37,156 bases of DNA from Octopus sinensis (taxonomy: Eukaryota): assembly GCF_006345805.1 (NCBI RefSeq), contig NW_021836828.1, positions 1 to 37,156 of the forward strand, read 5' to 3'. The notes beneath the pieces were generated by a model that was not told the origin of the DNA, did no database searches, and saw nothing but the letters and a program-made list of their open reading frames with translations. Every line of letters starts with the position of its first letter. Within the stretch, counting starts at the first letter, position 1. The position numbers were made by a program, and so were the translations under genes. Shown here in pieces: positions 32,681 through 37,156 of this stretch.

Positions 32681-33470
32681 CTAACTGTTAGCTACAAAAC
32701 TAAATAACTGATTAACAGTTGTTAATTTACTGATTGGTTAACTAACTTACCAACTAGTTAATTGAAGAATTAATTGCCTAAATGGTAAATTCACTGGTTG
32801 GCTAATTAACTAGTCAACTAACCAATTGCCTAAATAAATAATTTTCTTACTGGCTAACTAATTGGCAAGCTGACTGACTGACCTACTGTTTAAATAGTTA
32901 ATTTACTGATTAGCAGACTAATTAGCAAGCTAACTGATTGATTAAGAGGTTAAATTCCTTGTTAGTTGATTGACTAAATAAATTAGCTGTCTATCTAAAC
33001 ACCTGTTTATATAAGTAACTTGTTAATTGGTTGGCTATCTAATTAACTAGTTTATTAATTGATCAAATCATTGCTTTGTCTAACTAGCTACCCACCTAAC
33101 ATGTCAACAAGCTTAACTAGTTGTTATAGTCTAATTAAAGGCATTTTAGCCATAACCTTCATGTCTTGTTTTCCCAGGGAGACAATATGTAGCTTAGACA
33201 ATCACATTGTTATTATAAGACTATAAGAATGAAATTCGAGAAAGATTGGTTGCTATTTCTTGCAGATGAAGCCACCACGTAGCGTTTTCTTAACTTGTTT
33301 GGTATGGTTAATTGTTGATTTACTCAATAATCCACAACTGTAATATGACCTATCTTTTAAACTACAGCCTATCAGGGTACTGCAATACCCTGGGGTGTCA
33401 TGGACAATAGTGATGTTACAATGTTTTCTCTGGCCTTGTTATTTTCTCAAAAATTATCTCTTAACTTTAG

Positions 33471-33689
33471 CCCTTTAGCATTCAGATTATTTGTTCAAAA
33501 GAATATTTATTTATTCACATAATTTTGTATTAATCATGCATTATTATGAAGCTTCAAGTTTTCGATGGTGTGATTGTTTATTTTTAGAATGACATTGTAG
33601 GATAGGTGTGAGAGGTTAGATCTGGCCAGTTTGAATATGAAACAGATAGCATATTTGGGCCAGATATGACCAGTTTAAATGCTAAAAGG
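33471..33689 (+). mobile_element. piggyBac-like MITE (family P2)
   Basis: ttag-CCCTTTAGCATT ... AATGCTAAAAGG-TTAA. Confidence 0.75.
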
Positions 33690-33785
33690 TTAAACAGGGA
33701 GAGATAAGGTGACAAGATCACAGGAATTAAAAGCCACTAGTCTAAATTAGAGTGACCTTATAAACTAAAATAGGGGTGTTAACAT

Positions 33786-34032
33786 CAGTGGTTCTCAACT
33801 GGGATCCATATGGCCCTTGGGGGTTCATTTAAGATTTTGCTGTTAAGATTTGTCATAAAATTGGTTAAACTTCCAAGTACACAAAATATTTCATACAATT
33901 CCTAATAAAATTTAATTATCAAATTATAATAGGATTTCTTTTTAAACATTAAATGGCTATGAGAGTCCATCTGAGTAAAATAGGAATCAAAGGGGGGGGG
34001 GTCTGTAGGCATAGAATGGTTAAGAACCACTT
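33786..34032. mobile_element. hAT/Charlie-like MITE with 8-bp TSD
   Basis: TIRs CAGTGGTTCTCAAC ... GTTAAGAACCACT(t); flanks gttaacat / gtttacat (7/8). Confidence 0.8.
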
Positions 34033-34096
34033 GTTTACATCGTCGTTCAAGCCTGCTAGAAATAGCATTCAAATTTCCCCTCAAATCACAACTTAA

Positions 34097-34722
34097 CCCT
34101 TTTGCATTTAGACCAGCTAAATCCGGCCCAAATATTCTACTTGTTTTATGTTCAAACTGCCCAGATCTGGCCATTCACACCTAGCCTGCAATGTCATTTC
34201 AAAAATAAACAATTTCAGCACTGAAATCTCAAAATTATGAGATGATGGCGCAGGGGTGGCTGTGTGGTAAGTAGCTTGCTAACCAACCACATGGTTCTGG
34301 GTTCAGTCCCACTGCGTGGCATCTTGGGCAAGTGTCTTCTGCTATAGCCCTGGGCCGACCAATGCCTTGTGAACGGATTGGGTAGACGGAAAACTGAAAG
34401 AAGCCTGTCGTATATATGTATATATAAGTGTGGTGTATATGTTTGTGTGTCTGTGTTTGTCCCCCTAGCATTGCTTGACAACCGATGCTGGTGTGTTACG
34501 TCCCCGTCACTTAGCAGTTCGGCAAAAGAGACCGATAGAATAAGTACTGGGCTTACAAAGAATAAGTCCGGGGTCGATTTGCTCGACTAAAGGCGGTGCT
34601 CCAGCATGGCCGCAGTCAAATGACTGAAACAAGTAAAAGAGTAAAGAGTAATGCATGATATATTGAAAACAATATGAATAAATAAGCATTACATTTGACA
34701 GAATAATCTGAATGCTAAAATA
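34097..34722 (-). mobile_element. piggyBac-like MITE (family P2) interrupted by SINE B
   Basis: TTAA-CCCTTTTGCATT left end; reverse complement of 33471-33689; resumes after 34650. Confidence 0.7.
34247..34650 (+). mobile_element. young full-length SINE family B
   Basis: GGCGCAGG start, A/B boxes, CORE-like 'cttgggcaagtgtctt', tail (AAAGAGT)n; CpGs retained. Confidence 0.9.
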
Positions 34723-35306
34723 TTAAACAACCTTAACAAAATATACATTAAATAATTTAGTTCTACACACTGCTAGAATGAAAAATAGGATGGTTACTGC
34801 TGGAATATCTACTTAATCAGGACTTACCTAGGGTTAAATAATGACAACAAATTTAGCCACTAATTCCAACTACTCTACTATACATTAGATAGCGTACTCC
34901 AAAATATACAATGGCTGAATAAAAGATGGGATAGTCACAGCTGGAATATTTTTGATCATGGGTCAACTGGATTAAGACTGACCTATTACTAAACAACAAC
35001 AACAACAACAAAGGTTAGCTAAATAACTCAATCTACAAATTGAACAACCAAACACTTAACTGGCCAACCAATTTACTAATGAACTAAATTAATTAATTAA
35101 CCAAGTAACTTCCTAATTAACCAATGGGATGGTATCTTGAAAGTTGAAATGATGACGAGTAAGTAGATTCTTGTTGAGGAAGAAGTGGTGGCGGTAGTAG
35201 TGGAAGTCGTTGTGGTGGTAGCAGATGTGGTAATGGTGGTGTTTTTTTTTTTTACTTATTTGTTAATAACTGGAAATTTTCATTAATGTTTTGGTTAAAG
35301 TGTTAA

Positions 35307-35527
35307 CCCTTTCGTTATTAACCCGGCTGAAACCGGCTCTGGCTCTGTAGTACAAATGTCTTGTTTTCATAAGTTTTGTATTAAAATCTTCCACCAAACT
35401 TTAGTCACAGTTAATGTTCCTAACATTAGCTTAATGATAACTAAGTTATTTTACTAAATTCTTTTTTATATCTAAAATAATTGAGAGAAATGCAGAGCAT
35501 CTCAAAATAAATACAGTAACGAAAGGG
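35307..35527 (+). mobile_element. complete piggyBac-like MITE (family P1)
   Basis: TTAA TSD on both sides; TIRs CCCTTTCGTTA ... TAACGAAAGGG. Confidence 0.9.
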
Positions 35528-36084
35528 TTAATGAGACAATGAAACAATTTAATATTTAAGACAGAGATGAAAAGCATAGAGAAAGAAATAGAATTTCCTA
35601 GTGTCCCCCATCACCTTCATAACTATTACCATCACCATTACTAGTTTGTTATAGGAGGCAAACAGAAAGTAAAGCTTAAACAGCTGCAAAGTCACAGAAA
35701 AAAAAGCCATAAATTTGGTTAGAAAAAACAAAAATGTCACAAGAAAAAAAAGTCAATATTTTACTTAAATACTATAAATAATAGTTAATGTTAACTAAAT
35801 AAGTTCCCATCATCATCATCATTTACTACCTACTTTTCCAAGCTTGTATGAGGCAGATGGAATTAGTTGAGGTGGATACCCTGCTGTTGGATGCTCTTCA
35901 TGTCATCAACCCTCAACTGTTTCCTCATGACCAGACATGTTTTTGTAGAAGATTGGATTGGAAAAAAAAAAAAAAGGAACACCACTTCTATGATGATCAT
36001 CATCATCATTTACAACTAATTTTTTGAAGCTCAGGTAAAATGACAATAACAATCACACACACAAAAACACATATACTTGTACAT

Positions 36085-36497
36085 GGCAGGCTGCTTCTTT
36101 CAGTTTCTCTCTCCCAAATCCATTCACAAGGTTTTGATTGGCCTAGGTTACAGTAGAAGACACTTGCCTAAGGTGCCATGCAGTTGGACAGAATATGAAA
36201 TCATGAATATGAGAGGTGGTGAGCTGGTAGAAACGTTAGCATGCCAGGCGAAATGCTTAGTGGTATTTCGTCTGCCGTTACGTTCTGAATTCAAATTCCG
36301 CCAAGGTCGACTTTGCCTTTCATACTTTCGGGGTTGATAAATTAAGTACCAGTTACGCACTGGGGTCAATATAATCGACTTAATCCCTTTGTCTGTCCTT
36401 ATTTGTCCCCTCTATGTTTAGCCCCTTGTGGGCAATAAAGAAATAAGAATATGAAATCATATGATTAGGAAGCAAACTTGTTACTACACAACCACAC
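36085..36497 (-). mobile_element. SINE family B split by a SINE A insertion
   Basis: Family B reverse complement over 36085-36204, resuming at 36461-36497. Confidence 0.75.
36213..36445 (+). mobile_element. full-length SINE family A with 15-bp TSD
   Basis: TSD agaatatgaaatcat at 36190-36204 and 36446-36460. Confidence 0.9.
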
Positions 36498-36597
36498 TTT
36501 CATCTACACATTATTTTACATATTAGGTTCAAATTTTGGCACATGGTTGGCAACTATAGAAGGGGAGGGAGTAAGTTGATTACATTGACCTCAATGC

Positions 36598-36780
36598 TCA
36601 TCATCATCATCATTCAATGCCCGTTGTCCATGCTGGCATGGGTTGGATGCTTTGACCATAGCTGGCAAACTGGGGAAGTATACCAGACTCCAGTCTGACT
36701 TGGCACAGTTTCTATATTTGGATGCCCTTCCTAACACCAACCACATCACAGTGTGCTGGGTGCTTTTACGTGGCACTGCA
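36598..36780 (-). mobile_element. family C short retroposon nested in a SINE A
   Basis: (CAT)n plus 'tccatgctggcatgggttgga...ggatgcccttcctaacaccaacc'; SINE A sequence lies on both sides (36530-36595 and 36795-36914). Confidence 0.7.
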
Positions 36781-37156
36781 CTGATGGTAAATTTTATTAA
36801 CCCCAAAAGGTTGAAAGGCAAAGTTGACCTTTCTGGAATTTGAACTCAGAATGTGAAACATTTTGCTAAGCATTTTGTCCTGCGTACTTATGGTTCTACC
36901 AGCATGCCACCTTAATATTATTTTAGATATTAGCACAATATGTACTATGTCCTAAAAAGAAAGTTTCAAAAACACTCCTGCATATAAAGAATGATCATCT
37001 CCTAATATGATAATGAGCGCAGTGTTTTTATATATTTTGTGTGTGTATATATATATTTGTCCGAAATCACAGAGTAGCAGAAAGAGTAGTATAAGTGAAG
37101 GGAGAGGAGAGAAAATAGTAATTCAGTGAAGGAGAAGTAGTGAGAGTAATAGCCCT

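Overview
AT-rich, repeat-dense eukaryotic genomic DNA. The tRNA-derived SINE families and the abundant (CA)n/(CT)n/(CAT)n/(ATT)n microsatellites match what I recognise from octopus (coleoid cephalopod) genomes; this assignment is from recognition, not a search. I find no intact protein-coding gene, rRNA, true tRNA or CRISPR array. Nearly all ORFs in the track are chance frames through SINEs or low-complexity DNA. The real coding remnants are all decayed transposon sequence: an R4/Dong-type restriction-like endonuclease C-terminus (~6.4-6.9 kb), several RTE-type LINE fragments, an L1/Tx1-like ORF1 (~26.1-26.8 kb), and a pogo/Tigger transposase N-terminus split by insertions. Structurally intact non-autonomous elements include a Helitron (21765-22280), a Merlin-like MITE with ~91-bp TIRs and an 8-bp TSD (20517-20935), hAT/Charlie-like MITEs and piggyBac-like TTAA MITEs. 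The most notable observations are: a nested Tigger element (25555-28495) holding several insertions; a SINE tail shared with the neighbouring L1/Tx1-like element; a stack of (TAA)n-associated elements; a 151-bp near-perfect inverted copy that includes flanking DNA; templated extra bases at SINE 5' junctions; a twin-hairpin at 19.8-19.9 kb; and CpG-depleted flanks around a CpG-retaining centre. I see no convincing evidence for a new multi-gene system; any novelty is at the level of transposon biology or structured non-coding elements.
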